64,000 nt of DNA, from NCBI RefSeq assembly GCF_009914755.1, contig NC_060928.1; one strand, 5' to 3'. The notes below the pieces were generated by a model. It made no database searches. It saw only the letters and a program-made list of their open reading frames with translations, and was not told the origin of the DNA. The first letter of the stretch is position 1; every line of letters begins with the position of its first letter. Shown here piece by piece: positions 14,431 to 27,938 of the stretch. Source of the stretch: the human T2T-CHM13v2.0 reference genome, Homo sapiens. A program made the translations under genes and the position numbers.

Positions 14431-14832
14431 TGCTCTAGTTTGATACTTGGTCCCACCAAACCTGGTGTTGAGGTAGGACCTAGTGGGAGGTGTTTGGTCC
14501 TGCGGGCAGATCCCTTATGAATGGCTTTGTGCCATTCTTGTGATAGCGAGTGAGTTCTGGCTCTACTAGTTTCCACCATAGCTGGCAGCTGAAAAGAACC
14601 TGGCACATTCCCCTCTTTCTTGCTTTGTCTCTTGCCATGTGATCTCTGTACATGCCGACTCTGCTTTGCCCTCTGTCTTGTGTGGAAGTAGCCTGAGGCC
14701 CTCACCAGTAGCAGATGCTGGCACCATGCCTCTTGTACAGCCTGCAGAACTCTGGGCCAACCAAACTTCTTTTCTGTATGAATTACTCAGCCTCAGGTAT
14801 TCCTGTATAGCAACACTAAACAGACTAAAATG
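14431..14832 (+). mobile_element. MaLR solo LTR (MSTB-like)
   Basis: TGCTCTAGTTTGA start; CAGCCTCAGGTATTCCTGTATAGCAACACTAAACAGACTAA end; TSD GTGTC/GTATC. Confidence 0.88.
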
Positions 14833-14891
14833 GTATCCTTTTCTGACTTTGGTACCAGGGCAATGCTGGCCTCATAAGATGGGTTTGGAAT

Positions 14892-15249
14892 TGTCTTAGT
14901 TCAGGCAATTATAACAAAGACCATAGACTGGGTGGTTTATAAAAAAACAGAAATGTATTTCTCACAGTTCAGGAGGCTGGAAATCCAAGATAGAAAGGCC
15001 ACCATGGTCAGATTCTGGTGAAGATCCCCTTTTGGGATGCAGACTGCTGACCTCTTGTTGTATCCTCACATTACAGAAAGAACTAGAGACCTCATGGGAG
15101 TCCCTTTTACAAGGGTATTAATCCTATTGATGAGGCTCTAACCTCATGAACTAGTTACTTTCCAAAGGCCCCACCTATTAACACATTACATTGGTGGTTA
15201 TGATTTCAATATATGAATTTGGGGGAGAACACAAACGTTTAGCCCATAA
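14892..15249 (-). mobile_element. MaLR solo LTR (MLT1A-like)
   Basis: TGTCTTAGT...CCATAGACTGGGTGGTTTATAAA...TTTCTCACAGTTCAGGAGGCTGG...TTTCAATATATGAATTTGGGGGAG. Confidence 0.85.
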
Positions 15250-15369
15250 GAAGTGTTCTTTCTTCTATTTTTTGGAAAAGTTTGTTTTAAATGTTCTTTA
15301 AATATTTGGTAGAGTTCACCTGTAAAGCCATCTGGTCCTGGGCTTTTCTTTGTTTGAAAATTTTGATTA

Positions 15370-16693
15370 TGGCGACAGGGCCAAGATGGCAGACTAGAAG
15401 CAACAGCATTTGGAGGCTCCCATGAAAAAACACATAATAAGCATGTGAATCCTTCACCAGCAACCAAAGTGTACAGGTTCTCTCATCAAAATTGACTAGA
15501 AGGTTGGTGTGATCCATGGAGAGAAGGAAGAGCAGTGCAATGTGGCAGCCCAGCTGAGAGCCACACTGGGAAGGGGAACCTCCTTCTCCCAGCCAAGGGA
15601 GGCAGTGAGTGAGCACGCTATCCAGCCAGGGAAACTGCTTTTCCTATGGAACTGTGCAACCCGTGGACCAGAAGATCCCACTCCTGAACCCATGCCACAG
15701 GGGACTATCATACCAAGCCCAGATGTGCATATTCTTACAGCCTCTTAGCTGGAATCTGCTTAAGCCTACTGAACTCCTGGGGGAGAGGTGACTGGCAATG
15801 GCTGCAGCTGCCTGCTGTCTAAGCCTTTTGAGCTCCTTTGGGGAGGGGCAGCAGCCAGCACTGGGACTTGCAACTGCCTAACACATTAAGCCTCCTGGGC
15901 AGAGGAAGGGCGGCACCCATTTCTATAGCTCCAGACTGTGCTTTTCTGCTGCTGGAGCTAAGGAGGCTGGATGGCTTGATCCCAAGACTTGTTCCCACAA
16001 CCCAACACACCAGCTGTGGCAGTTTGCAGCCAGAGTGTGTCTTCAGGACTAACCCTGACCCATCCTTCCTCAGTGGTCAGGGCTTCCCTGCAAGATCTCC
16101 AATAACTCCAGCCAGAGGTGCAGGGAAAGAATTTGGATCTCCCGGGGCCTGAGCCCCTAGAGGGAGGGATGGCCACAGTTTCTGCAGACCAGCAGACTTA
16201 GCTTCTCCTTCTGGTAGTTCTGAGGAATCCAGGCAGCCCAGATTGAGTGAGTTTCCCCCCAGGGAAACACACCCTCTCCACCAAGGGACAAAGTGCTTCA
16301 GTAAACAAGTCCTGCTCCCCATGCCATCCAACTGGGTGAGACCCTCCAACAGGATTTGTCAGACACCCTATACAGAAATAATCCTACTGGCATCAGGTTG
16401 GTGCCTCTCCAGGTCAGAGATCCCAGAAGAAGAAGCAGGCACCCATCTTTGCTACTCTCCAGCCTTCTTGAGTGACATCTCCAGGCATGACAGCAAATCA
16501 GATGAATAGGGCCTGAAGTAAACCCCCAGCAAACTGCAGCAGCCCCACAGAAGAGGGACCTGACTATTGAAAGAAAAACAAACAAGCAGAAAGTGACAAC
16601 AAAAGCATCAACAACAACAACAAAAAGGCCCCCACAAAAACCCCATCCAAGGATCAGCAGCCTCAAAGACTGAAACTAGACAAACTCAGGAAG
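15370..16693 (+). promoter_or_regulatory. L1 5'UTR internal promoter relic with YY1-type motif (CAAGATGGC, 15382-15390)
   Basis: GC-rich but CpG-depleted 5'UTR; the motif sits at the canonical L1 5' position; activity not shown. Confidence 0.55.
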
Positions 16694-17706
16694 ATGAGAA
16701 TCAATGAAACAATGCTGAAAACCCAAAAGGCCAGAATGCCTCTTCTGCAAATGATTGCAACATTTCTCCATCAAAGGTGTAGAACTGGATGGAGGATCAG
16801 ATGGACGAATTAACAGAAGTAGGCTTCAGAAGACAGGTGATAAAAAACTACAGTGAGCTAAAGGAACATGTTCTAATCCAATGCAAAGAAGCTAAGAACC
16901 TTGATAAACGGTTAGAGGAATTACTAACTAGAATAACCAGTTTAGAGAGGAACATAATAACCTGATGGAGCTGAAAAATACAGCACAAGAACTTCATAAA
17001 GCATGCAGAAGTATCAACAGCCAAATCGACCAAGTGGAAGAAAAGATATTAAGAATTTGAAGACCACCTTTCTGAAATAAGACATGCAGACAAGAATAGA
17101 GACAACAGAATGAAAAGGAATGAACAAAGCCTCCAAGAAATATGGGACTTCATAAAAAGACCAAACCTACAATTGATTGGAGTACCTGAAGGAGACGGGG
17201 AGAATGGAAACGAGCTGGAAAACACACTTCACGATATTACCCAGGAGAACTTCCCCAACCCAGCAAGACAGGCCAACATGAAAATTCGGGGAATACAGAG
17301 AACATTATTAAGATACTCCACGAGAAGATCAACCCCAAGACACATAATCATCAGATTCTCCAAGGTTGAAATGAAGGAAAAACTGTTAAGGGCAGCCAGA
17401 GAGAAAGGCCAGGTCACTTACAAAGGGAAGCCCATCAGACTAACAGCAGACCTCTTAGCAGAAAGTCTAAGAAGAGAGTGGGGGCCAATACTCAACATTC
17501 TTAAAGAAAAAAATTTTCAACCCAGAATCTCATATCCAGCCAAACTAAGCTTCATAAGCAAAGGAGAAATAAAATCCTTTCCAGACAAGCAAATGCTGAA
17601 GGATTTCATTACCACCAGGCCTCCCCTGCAAGAGCTCCTGAAAGAAGCACTAAATATGGAAAGGAAAAACCTGTACCAACCACTGCAAAAACACACCAAA
17701 ATATAA
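16694..17706 (+). pseudogene. L1 ORF1p remnant; C-terminal 198 codons (17110-17706) still open
   Basis: KRNEQSLQEIWDFIKRPNL...RHIIIRF...REKGQVTYKGKPIRLTADL...YPAKLSF; N-terminal part frameshifted. Confidence 0.93.
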
Positions 17707-18216
17707 AGACCAATGACTACACACCAAAATATAGATCATGAAGAGCACACCAAAATATAAAAACTACGAAGAAACTGCATCAACTAATGTGCAAAATAGC
17801 CAAATAGCATCATGATGACAGGATCAAATGCACACATAACAATACAAACCTTAAGTGTAAATGGGCTAAATGCCCCAATTAAAAGACACAGACTGGTGAA
17901 TTGGATAAGAAGTCAAGACCCATCAGTGCTCTGTATTCAGGAGATCCATCTTACATGCAAAGGCACACACAGGTTCAAAATAGAGGGATGAAGGAAAATT
18001 TACCAAGCAAATGGAAAGCAAAAAATAGCAGGGGTTGCAATCCTAGTGTCTGACAAAACAGACTTTAAACCAACAAAGATCAAAAAAGACAAAGAAGGGC
18101 ATTACAGAATAGTAAAGAGAACAATTCAACAAGAAGAGCTAACTATTCTAAGTATATATGCACCCAACAAAGGAGCATCCAGATTCAAAAAACAAGTACT
18201 TAGAGACCTATAAAGA

Positions 18217-18506
18217 GGCCGGGCATGGTGGCTCACATCTATAATCCCAGCACTTTAGGAGGGCGAGGAGGGTGAATCACCCGAGGTAAGGAGTTCGAGA
18301 CCAGCCTAGCAAACATGGTGAAAACCTGCCTCTACTAAAAATACAAAAAATTAGCCAGGTGTGGTGGCACATACCTGTAATCTCAGCTTCTTAGGAAGCT
18401 GGGGCAAGAGAATTGCTTGAACCCAGGAGGCAGAGGTTGGAGTGAGCTGAGACTGGGGCACTGCACTCCAGCCTGGGCAACAGAGTGAGACTCAGTCTGA
18501 AAAGAG
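18217..18506 (+). mobile_element. AluS inserted in L1 ORF2 endonuclease domain
   Basis: TSD AGACCTA(T/C)AAAGA at 18204-18216 and 18509-18521; very short tail. Confidence 0.93.
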
Positions 18507-19172
18507 ACAGACCTACAAAGAGACTTAGACTCCCACACAATAATAGTGGGAGACTTTAACACCAAACTGTCAGTATTAGACAGATCAATGAGACAGAAAA
18601 TTAACAAGGATATTTAGGACTTGAACTCAGCTCTGGATAAAATAGACCTAGTAGATGTCTACACAACTCTCTACCCCAAATCAACAGAATACACATTCTT
18701 CTCAGTGCCACATGGCACTGATTCTAAAATCGACCACATAATAGGAAGTAAAACACTCCTCAGCAAATGGAAAAGAACTGAACTAATAACAGTCTCTCAC
18801 ACCACAGTTTAATCAAATTAGAACTCAGGATTAGGAAACTAACTCAAAACCACACAATTTCATGGAAATTGAACAACCTGCTCCTGAATTACTCCTGGAT
18901 AAATAATAAAAGTAAGGAAGAAATCAATAAGTTCTTTGAAACCAATGAGAACAAAGAGACAACCTACCAGAATCTCTGGGACACAGCTAAAGCAGTGTAA
19001 GAGGGAAATTTATAGCACTAAATGCCCACATCAGAAAGCTGGAAAGATCTGAAATCAACATCACAATGAAACATCACAATTAAAAGAGCTAGAGAGGCAA
19101 GAGCAAACTTATCCAAAAGCTAGCAGAAGACAAGAAATAACAAAGATCAGAGAAGAATTGAAGGAGATAGAG

Positions 19173-19189
19173 GCGCGCACGCGCGTGCG

Positions 19190-19220
<31 letters not shown>

Positions 19221-19223
19221 GCA
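19173..19223. repeat. (CG/CA)n alternating purine-pyrimidine microsatellite
   Basis: GCGCGCACGCGCGTGCGCACGC(AC)nGCA, 51 nt of unbroken R/Y alternation. Confidence 0.95.
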
Positions 19224-19917
19224 AAACACTCCAAAAAATCAACAAATCCAGGGGCTGGTTTTTTGAAAAAAATAACAAAATAGATAGACCACTAGACTAA
19301 TAAAGAAGAAGAGAGAGATGAATGAAATAGACACAATAAAAAATGACAAAGGGGCTATCACCACTGCTCCTACAGAAATACAAACTACCATCAGAGAATA
19401 CTGTAAACATCTCTACACAAAGAAAGTAGAAAACCTAGAAGAAATGGATAAGTTCCTCGATGCATACACCCTATCAAGACCAAATCAGGAATAAGCTGAA
19501 TCCCTGAATAGGACAATAACAAGCTCTGAAATTGAGACAATAATTAATACCCTTCCAACCAAAAAAAGCCCAGGACCAGACAGATTCACAGCTGAATTCT
19601 ACCAGAAATACAAAGAGGAGCTGGTACCATTCCTTCTGAAACTATTCCAAACAACTGAAAAGGAGGGACTCCTCCCTAACTCATTATATGAAGCTAGCAT
19701 CATCCTGATAACAAAACCAGGAAGAGACACAATAAAAAAATAAAATTTCAGGCCAATATCCCTGAAGAACATTGATGCAAAAATCCTCAATAAAATACTG
19801 GCAAACTGAATCCAGCAGCATATCAAAAAACTTAGCCACCACGATCAAGTTGGCTTCATCCCTAGGATGCAAGGCTGGTCCAACATACGCAAATCAATAA
19901 ACATAATCCATCACTGA

Positions 19918-20079
<162 letters not shown>

Positions 20080-21295
20080 TGAGTGGGCAAAAGCTGGAAG
20101 CATTCCCTTTGAGAACCAGTACAAGACAAGGTTGCCCTCTCTCACCACTCTTATTCAAGATTGTACTGGAAATTCTGGCCAGGGCAATCAGGCAAGAGAA
20201 AGAAATAAAGGGTAACCAAATAAGAAGAGAGGAAGTCAAGTTGTCTCTGTTTGCAGATGTCATGGTTTTAGATTTAGAAAACCCCATTATCTCAGCCCAA
20301 AAGCTTCTTGAACTATAAGCAACTTCAGCAAAGTCTCAGGATACAAAATTAGTGTAGAAAAATAGCAAGCATTCCTTTACACCAGTAGTAGGCAAGCAGA
20401 GAGCCAAGTCATGAATGAACTCCCATTCAAAATCACTACAAAGAGGATAAAATACCTAGGAATACAGCTAACAAAGGATGTGAAGGACCTCTTCAAGGAG
20501 AACAACAAACCACTGCTCAAGGAAATAAGAGAGGACACGAACAAATGGAAAAGCACTCCATCCTCATGGATAGGAAGAATCAATATCATGAAAATGGCCA
20601 TATTGCCCAAAGTAATTTAGGTTCAATGTTATTTCCATCAAGCATTGAAGCATTGACATTCTTCTCAGAATTAGAAAAAGCTATTTTAAATTTCATATGG
20701 AATCAAAGAAGACCCTGTATATCCAAGACAATCCTACACAAAAAGAACAAAGCTGGAGGCATCACGTTACCTGATATGAAACTATATTACAAGGCTACAG
20801 GAACCAAAACAGCATGGCACTGGTACGAAAACAGACATATAGACCAATGGAGCAGAACAGAGACCTCAGAAATAATACAACACATCTAGAATCAACTGAT
20901 CTTTGACAAACCTGACAAAAACAAGCAATGGGGAAAGAATCTCCTATTCAGTAAATGATGCTGGGAAAAATGGCTAGTCATATGCAGAAAACAGAAATGG
21001 AACCCCTTCCTTACACCTTATACAAAAATTAACTCAAGATGGATTAAAGACTTAAACGTAAAACCTAAAGCCATAAAATCCCTCAAGGAAAACCTAGGCA
21101 ATATCACTCAGGACATAGTCATGGGCAAAGACTTTCATGACAAAAATGCCAAAAGCAATTGCAGCAAAAGTCAAAATTGACTAATAGGATCTAATTAAAC
21201 TAAAGGTCTTCTGCATAGCAAAAGAAACTATCATCAGAGTGAACAGGAAACCTACAGAACAGGAGAAAATTTTTGCAATCTATCCAAAGGTCTAA

Positions 21296-21726
<431 letters not shown>

Positions 21727-22496
21727 TAACAAACATGAAAAAAAGCTCAACATCACTGATCATCAGAGAAACGCAAATCAAAACCACAATGAGATACCAT
21801 CTCACACCAATCAGAATGACGATTAGTAAAAAGTCAGGAAACAACAGATGTTGGTGAATCTGTGGAGAAATAGAAATGCTTTTATATTGTTGGTGGGAAT
21901 GTAAATTAGTTCAACCATTGTGGAAGACAGTATAGCAGTTCTTCAAGGATCTAGAACCAGAAATACCATTTGACCCAGCAATCCCATTACCCAAATGATT
22001 ATAAGTCATTCTACTGTAAATACACATGTTTACTGCAGCACTATTTACAATAACAAAGACTTGGAACCAACCCAAATGCTATCAATGATAGATTGGATAA
22101 AGGAAATGTGGTACATATACACCATGGAATACTTATGCAGCCATAAAAAGGAATGAGATCATGTCCTTTGCAGGGCCATGGATGAAGAAGGAAACCATCA
22201 TCCTCAGTAAACTAACACAGGAACAGAAAACCAAATACCACATTTTCTCACTCATAAGTGGGAGTTGAACATTAAGAACACATGGACATAGAGATGGGAA
22301 TAACACACACCAGGGCCTGTTTGGGGGTCAGCGGGTGAGGGGAAGAAACTTAGAGGACGGGTCAATAGGTCAGCAAACCACCATGCCACACATATACCTA
22401 TGCAACAAACCTGCATTCTCTGCACATGTATCCCATTTTTTTATTAGAAGAAATAAATAAAAATAAAATAAAAAATAATAAAATAAATGTAAAAAA

Positions 22497-22560
22497 GAAA
22501 ATTTAGATTACTAATTCCTTTTACTGCTAGGTTCATGCTTTCTATTTCTTCTTGATTCAT
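22497..22560 (-). mobile_element. Continuation of the inverted old L1M after the L1PA8A insertion
   Basis: Antisense peptide MNQEEIESMN is the ORF2 sequence just upstream of the segment ending at 15369. Confidence 0.75.
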
Positions 22561-22561
22561 A

Positions 22562-22564
<3 letters not shown>

Positions 22565-22625
<61 letters not shown>
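22565..22625. repeat. (AT)30 perfect microsatellite at the L1M inversion junction
   Basis: Directly visible. Confidence 0.98.
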
Positions 22626-22626
<1 letters not shown>

Positions 22627-25010
22627 TAACAACAAACTATCCAAAAAGGAAATTAAGAAAATAATAATCTTGGCTGGGTGTAGTGGCTCATGACTATAAT
22701 CTCAGCACTTTAGGAGGCGGAGGCAGAGGTGGATCCAGGAAAATCCCTCGAGCTAAGAAATTCGAAGCCAGTCTGGGCAATACAGTGAAACTTTATCTCT
22801 ATTAAAAAACAAAAATTAACTAGGTGTAGTCGTGCTCCTGTAGTCCCAGCTACTCAGGAGGCTGAAGTGAGAGGATCACTTGAATCTGGGATGTCAAGGC
22901 TGCAGTGAGCCATGATCATGCCACTGCACTCCAGCCTGAGCAACAGAACGAGACCTTGTCTTTTTAGAAAAAAAAAAATCTCATTTTCTTAGCACAAAAT
23001 AAAATAAAATAAAATATCTAGGAATAAACTTAACCAATGAGGTAGAGGTTTGTATACTGAAAACTATAAAACACTAATGAAAGAAATTAAAGCTAGAAAG
23101 ACTTCCCATGTTCATAGATTGGAAGAATTAATATTGGTAAAATGTCCATACTACCCAATCTGATCTACAGATTGAATGCAGTGTCTCTCAAAATCCCAAT
23201 GGCATTTTTTACAGAAATTGAAATAACAATTCTAAGATTCATACTGAATCACAAAAGATCCTGAACAGCAGCCAAGGTAATCTTGAACAAGAGAAATAAA
23301 ACTGGAGGCATCCTACTTCTTGATTTCAAAATAATATAAAATGTAAAATATATTACAAAGCTACAGTAATCCAAACAAAATGGTACTGGTATAAAAACAG
23401 ACATATAACCCAATAAGCAGAATAGAAATATCAGAAACACACCCTCATACACTTTTAAAGTTATATGGTTAAATGAAATCAGACCTTTATCTTACACCAT
23501 ACACAAAAATTAACTCAAATGGTTTAAATGCCTATATGTAAAACCTGAAACCATAAAATTTATAGAAGAAAACATAGTGGAAAATCTTCTTGACATTGTT
23601 CTTGGCAATGATTTCTTAAGTATAATACTAAAATCAAAAGCAACTAAAATAAAACTAGATAATTGTGACTATATCAAACTTACGGCTTCTGCATGGCAAG
23701 GGAAACCACCAACAAAATGAAAAGGCAATCTGTGGCATGTAAGAAGTATTTGCAAACTGTGTATCTGATTAAGGGTTAATATCCAAAATACATAGAAAAC
23801 TCCTACAACTAAATAGCAAATTATAATAATAACCCTGTGAAAAAATAGGCAAGGGACCTGAATAAACATTACTCCAAAGAAGACATTGAAATGGCAAACA
23901 GATATATGAAAAAGTGCTCAACATCACTCGTCATCAGGGAAATGCAAATTAAAGCCACAGTGGCATATCACCTTGCACCAGTTAGCATGGCTATTATCAA
24001 AAATCAAACAATAAATATTGGCGAGAATACGGAGAAAAGGGAACCCTCGTACACTGTTGGTGGAAATGTAAACTTGTACAGCCTCTATGGAAAGTAGTAT
24101 GAAAGTTCCTCAAAAAATTAAAAATACTAGCATAAAAACAGACATATAAACCAATGAGCAGAATAGAAATCTCAGAAACACACACACATACACATTTAAA
24201 GTTATATAGTTAAAATGAAATCAGACCCTTATCTTACACTATACACAAAAATTAACTCAAATGGTTTAAATACCTATATGTAAAACCTGAAACCATAAAA
24301 TTTGTAGAAGAAAACATAGTGGAAAATCTTCTTGACATTGTTCTTGGCAATGATTTGTTGAATATAATACTAAAAACAAAGGCAACTAAAATAAAACTAG
24401 ACAATTGTGGTTGATTGTCTGATTCGGCAATCCTACTGCTGAGTATATATTTAAAAATATTACATTCAAGATCCTAAAGAGATGTTTGCAACCCCATGTT
24501 CATTGCAGCATTATTCACAACAACCAAGACATGGAAGTAACCTAAATGTCCATCAGTGAATGAACGGATAAAGAAAATGTGATATGTAGATATACACAAT
24601 AGAATATTATTCAGCCTTAAAAATAAAAGGAAATCCTGACATTTGCCAGAACATACATGAACTTGGAGGACAATATGCTAAGTGAAATAAGCCAGACATA
24701 GGAGAACAAATACTACGTGATACCACTGAGATGAGGAATTTAAAAGAGTCAAACTCAAAGAGGCAAATAGTAGAATGGTGCTTGTTAAGGGCCGGTGATG
24801 AGGGGAGGTAAGAAATGAGAGGTATTAGTCAAAGACTTCAAAACTTCAGTTGCAGAGATGACTAAGTCCTAGAGATCTACTGTACAGCATAGTGAGTGCC
24901 TATAGTTAATAATACTGTAATGTATAATTAAAAATTTGCTAAGTGGATAGGTCTTATGTAAGTATTCTTAACACTAATAATAATGATAATAAAATACATA
25001 GGGCAGGAGA
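22621..25010 (+). mobile_element. Old L1M, ORF2 3' half and 3'UTR (L1MC1/L1MA-like)
   Basis: ORF2 peptide [23 protein letters not shown] (23891-24097); 3'UTR AAATTTGCTAAG...TAATAATAAT...GGGCAGGAG. Confidence 0.88.
22672..22977 (+). mobile_element. AluJ
   Basis: GAGGATCACTTGA, GGCTGCAGTGAGCCATGATC, GAGACCTTGTC are J-type. Confidence 0.9.
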
Positions 25011-26749
25011 AAAGTTATTTTCATGGTTTTATAAAAAAAGATTATAATATACTTTTTAAAAATGTACACTTTAAAAGTTTAAATCAGTATAAAGCTTACA
25101 CATACCTATATTTTAAAAACTAAAATGTAAACTTATCAATTGTTTTTACTGTAGAAATGTAAATCCCACAGTTTATCTTTTAAAATGAAATGAAAATTTT
25201 GTATTACAAGCATAATATCACATTAAATTGGAAGCATTATATATTAATCATCTGCTATGTATTTAAGCAACATAAATTTATCTTATAATATTTTTATTTT
25301 AAAATTAGAGTTAATAATTTATTATTTGACTAATTTATCACCATATTTAAAAGCTTTGTTATGAAAGAAAAGTTACACATGATACTGGGAACTTTGGATT
25401 TTTATTTCCCAATTTTCTATTTGTGGGAAGGGAGGAGAAGGCAGATATTTTGATATAGAAGAAAAAGTGATAAAGTATTTAAGGTAATGGGATGTAATGA
25501 AAAACTGGTAACAATATATTTCAACCTCTTTAAACAATTAGTTTAAATAGGTTTTCTAAAATACAAATAAACAGTACTTCATTACGTACTTTCAATTATG
25601 TCAATCACTAATTTTTTGAAATTTGGGTTCTCCCAATACAATTCTAGTTTCAACTTGGAAAAGATAAAACACACAAGAAGAAAATAGGAAAGAAAATAGG
25701 GGGGAGAGGAGAAAGGCAAATTAAGATGTATCGTAATGCTAAGCAGGAAAATTATGAATGATAAAAATATTTAGGTTCCTTTGGTCTTTTCCTTCAGACT
25801 AATACATTTGATAACATTCTTAACCTGCCCCCACTATCTCTCAACCCAATTTTGAGAGGACAGAATGACGTAACTGCTAATAGCCCTGATTCACATCCTT
25901 AATGACTGTCTGAAAAAAAGTTTGCCATGATGTAGGATATGAATCATGCTCACCAGAGAACATCTCACATTTATGGTAAACTGTGGCCTGCTTGCAAGAA
26001 ATAGAAATGTTAATTACAGTCATTTCACTTCATAAAAATAAACGTTTCAGAGTTTTTGTACTCTCAAATTATTTCCTAATGAATTACAGACTTCGTCTAT
26101 AAATGTGCACTCAAATGTAAAGTTACTGTAATACATATATATCAATGTCATTATAAATTTCTGTTCCAAGCTAAATGGAAAAATATCAGGGTCCCTGGAA
26201 CAATATCAATGTGTCATAATTGAACATTTATACAATATTTGTAGACCACCTATTAATTAATTATATACAAATGACTGAAATTCTCCTGTAACAATATTAA
26301 ATATGATCTTTAGTAATCACACAATTTAAAATTATACTTTCTCTTTTATTATCTTGTACACGCATGTCTTTCTTATCAGTGTACTTCATTGAGTAAACAC
26401 TAGTTGGCTTAATTATCTTACTTTTTGCCAGGAAGTGGATGTGAGACACTTTTGTGGGTGTTCTTAATATTTTTGAACTTCATTATTGCTTATTTAAAGA
26501 ATAGCTTCCTGCGTGCTCAATAACATGTGCATTTGGATTGCATCAAATAAAGTTAGAATAACTTAAAAGGAACACACCAGAGCACACTTATTTTTTGTTT
26601 GTTTAAAGGACACCGAGTTTGAGGAAACGTACAGAAGGAAGAGAAGTCACTGGAATCTGAAAAACAGGATGGAAAGAATAAAAGCTGTGCTAAGGTAATT
26701 CATTGGTGCCTTCTTAGCAATCTCTGATTTTCCCATTTAAGCCTGTATT

Positions 26750-27340
26750 TCTTTTCTTTTTTTTCCAAATAAATTTTGTTGTATATATTTAAGGTATAAT
26801 AATAATAATAATAATAATTATTATTATTATTATTATTATTATGTTGAGATGGAGTCTTGCTCTTGTCGCCCAGGTTGGAGTGCAATGGCATGATCTCGGC
26901 TCACTGCAACCTCCGCCTCCCGAGTTCAAGGGATCTCCTGCCTCAGCCTCCTGAGTGGCTGGGATTACAAGCACCCGCCACCACGCCCAGCTAATTTTTG
27001 TATTTTTAGTAGAGACGGGGTTTTGCCATGTTGGCCAGGCTGGTCTGGAACACCTGACCTCGTGATCCACCCACCTCGGCCTCCCAAAGTGCTGGGATTA
27101 CAGGCGTGAGCCACCGTGCCCGGCCAAGGTATACTTATAAGATACAAATAGACAATAAAAAGGTTATTATAGTGAAACGAATTAAGATATCCATCATCTC
27201 ACATAATTACCCACTTTTTTTTTGTTTTTGTGGCAAGAGCAGCTAAAATCTACTAATTTAACATGAACCCCAAATACAGTAAAATGTTATTCCCTATAGT
27301 CCTCATGTTGTACCTTAGATCTCTGGACTTGCTCATTCTG
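26750..27340 (-). mobile_element. L1MA/MB 3'-end fragment, split by an Alu
   Basis: ATATCCATCATCTCACATAATTACC...TATAGTCCTCATGTTGTACCTTAGATCTCTGGACTT. Confidence 0.7.
26799..27125 (-). mobile_element. AluS (Sg-like) with (TAA)n(TTA)n tail
   Basis: Full dimer; TSD AAGGTATA at 26791-26798 and 27126-27133. Confidence 0.94.
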
Positions 27341-27938
27341 CTTTCAGTCCTTTAATTACTAAATTGTGATCCTTGAAGTCTGATTATTTTACTTTATAAA
27401 AATTATTTCATAAAATAATCCTCGACTCAATTCCTCAGCCACGGGAAAAAATAAAGTAATTCATAGGTTTGGGGATCGTTTTACTTTTTTGAGGCTAATT
27501 TATGTTAATAGTAGGAAATGCAGGGTTCCAGGAGCCTCAAACTCTAATCTTAAATAAGTCCCTAGTTCAGATTGCCATCTCAGGCTGGTGAGCCGTCCTC
27601 CCTACCCTTCAATAATCAATCTGACAATTTTAAGGACAAGGATGCAGCATCATGGGAGGCCAAGAAAATACTCAAAACATTCCTAGAGACTTGAAAATGA
27701 AACTGATTAGAGTCATACTATAAAGAAATTGAAAGGGGGTAAGAAACAAATGGGTAAATGAAAAGTGTTATTTGCTGCTAATAAGAATTGACACGACTCT
27801 TCTCAGCTCTTCACTACCTCACATTTTAGAATCATTACCAAAAAGTTCTTTCCCTCAATAACCTTATTGCTATCAACTTTGAAAAAAATCAGGAAACTAT
27901 GAGGATATAAAATATATCAGATAACACACTTGCTATTT

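Larger units (their letters stand above)
13821..15369 (-). mobile_element. Old L1M ORF2 segment (inverted part), interrupted by two LTRs
   Basis: Antisense ORF2 RT-region peptides in ORF track (13967-14209 [28 protein letters not shown]; ISLMNMDAKILNKILENQI; KKSPGPDGFTGELYQ). Confidence 0.9.

Noticed and set aside
17110-17706. 198-aa ORF as a functional or domesticated gene
   Set aside because: C-terminal part of L1 ORF1p in an element with a broken N-terminus; no sign of selection visible
17692-17759. Repeat-spacer pattern resembling a CRISPR array
   Set aside because: Only three 14-bp repeats with 12-14-nt spacers, derived from L1 sequence in a primate genome; no cas genes
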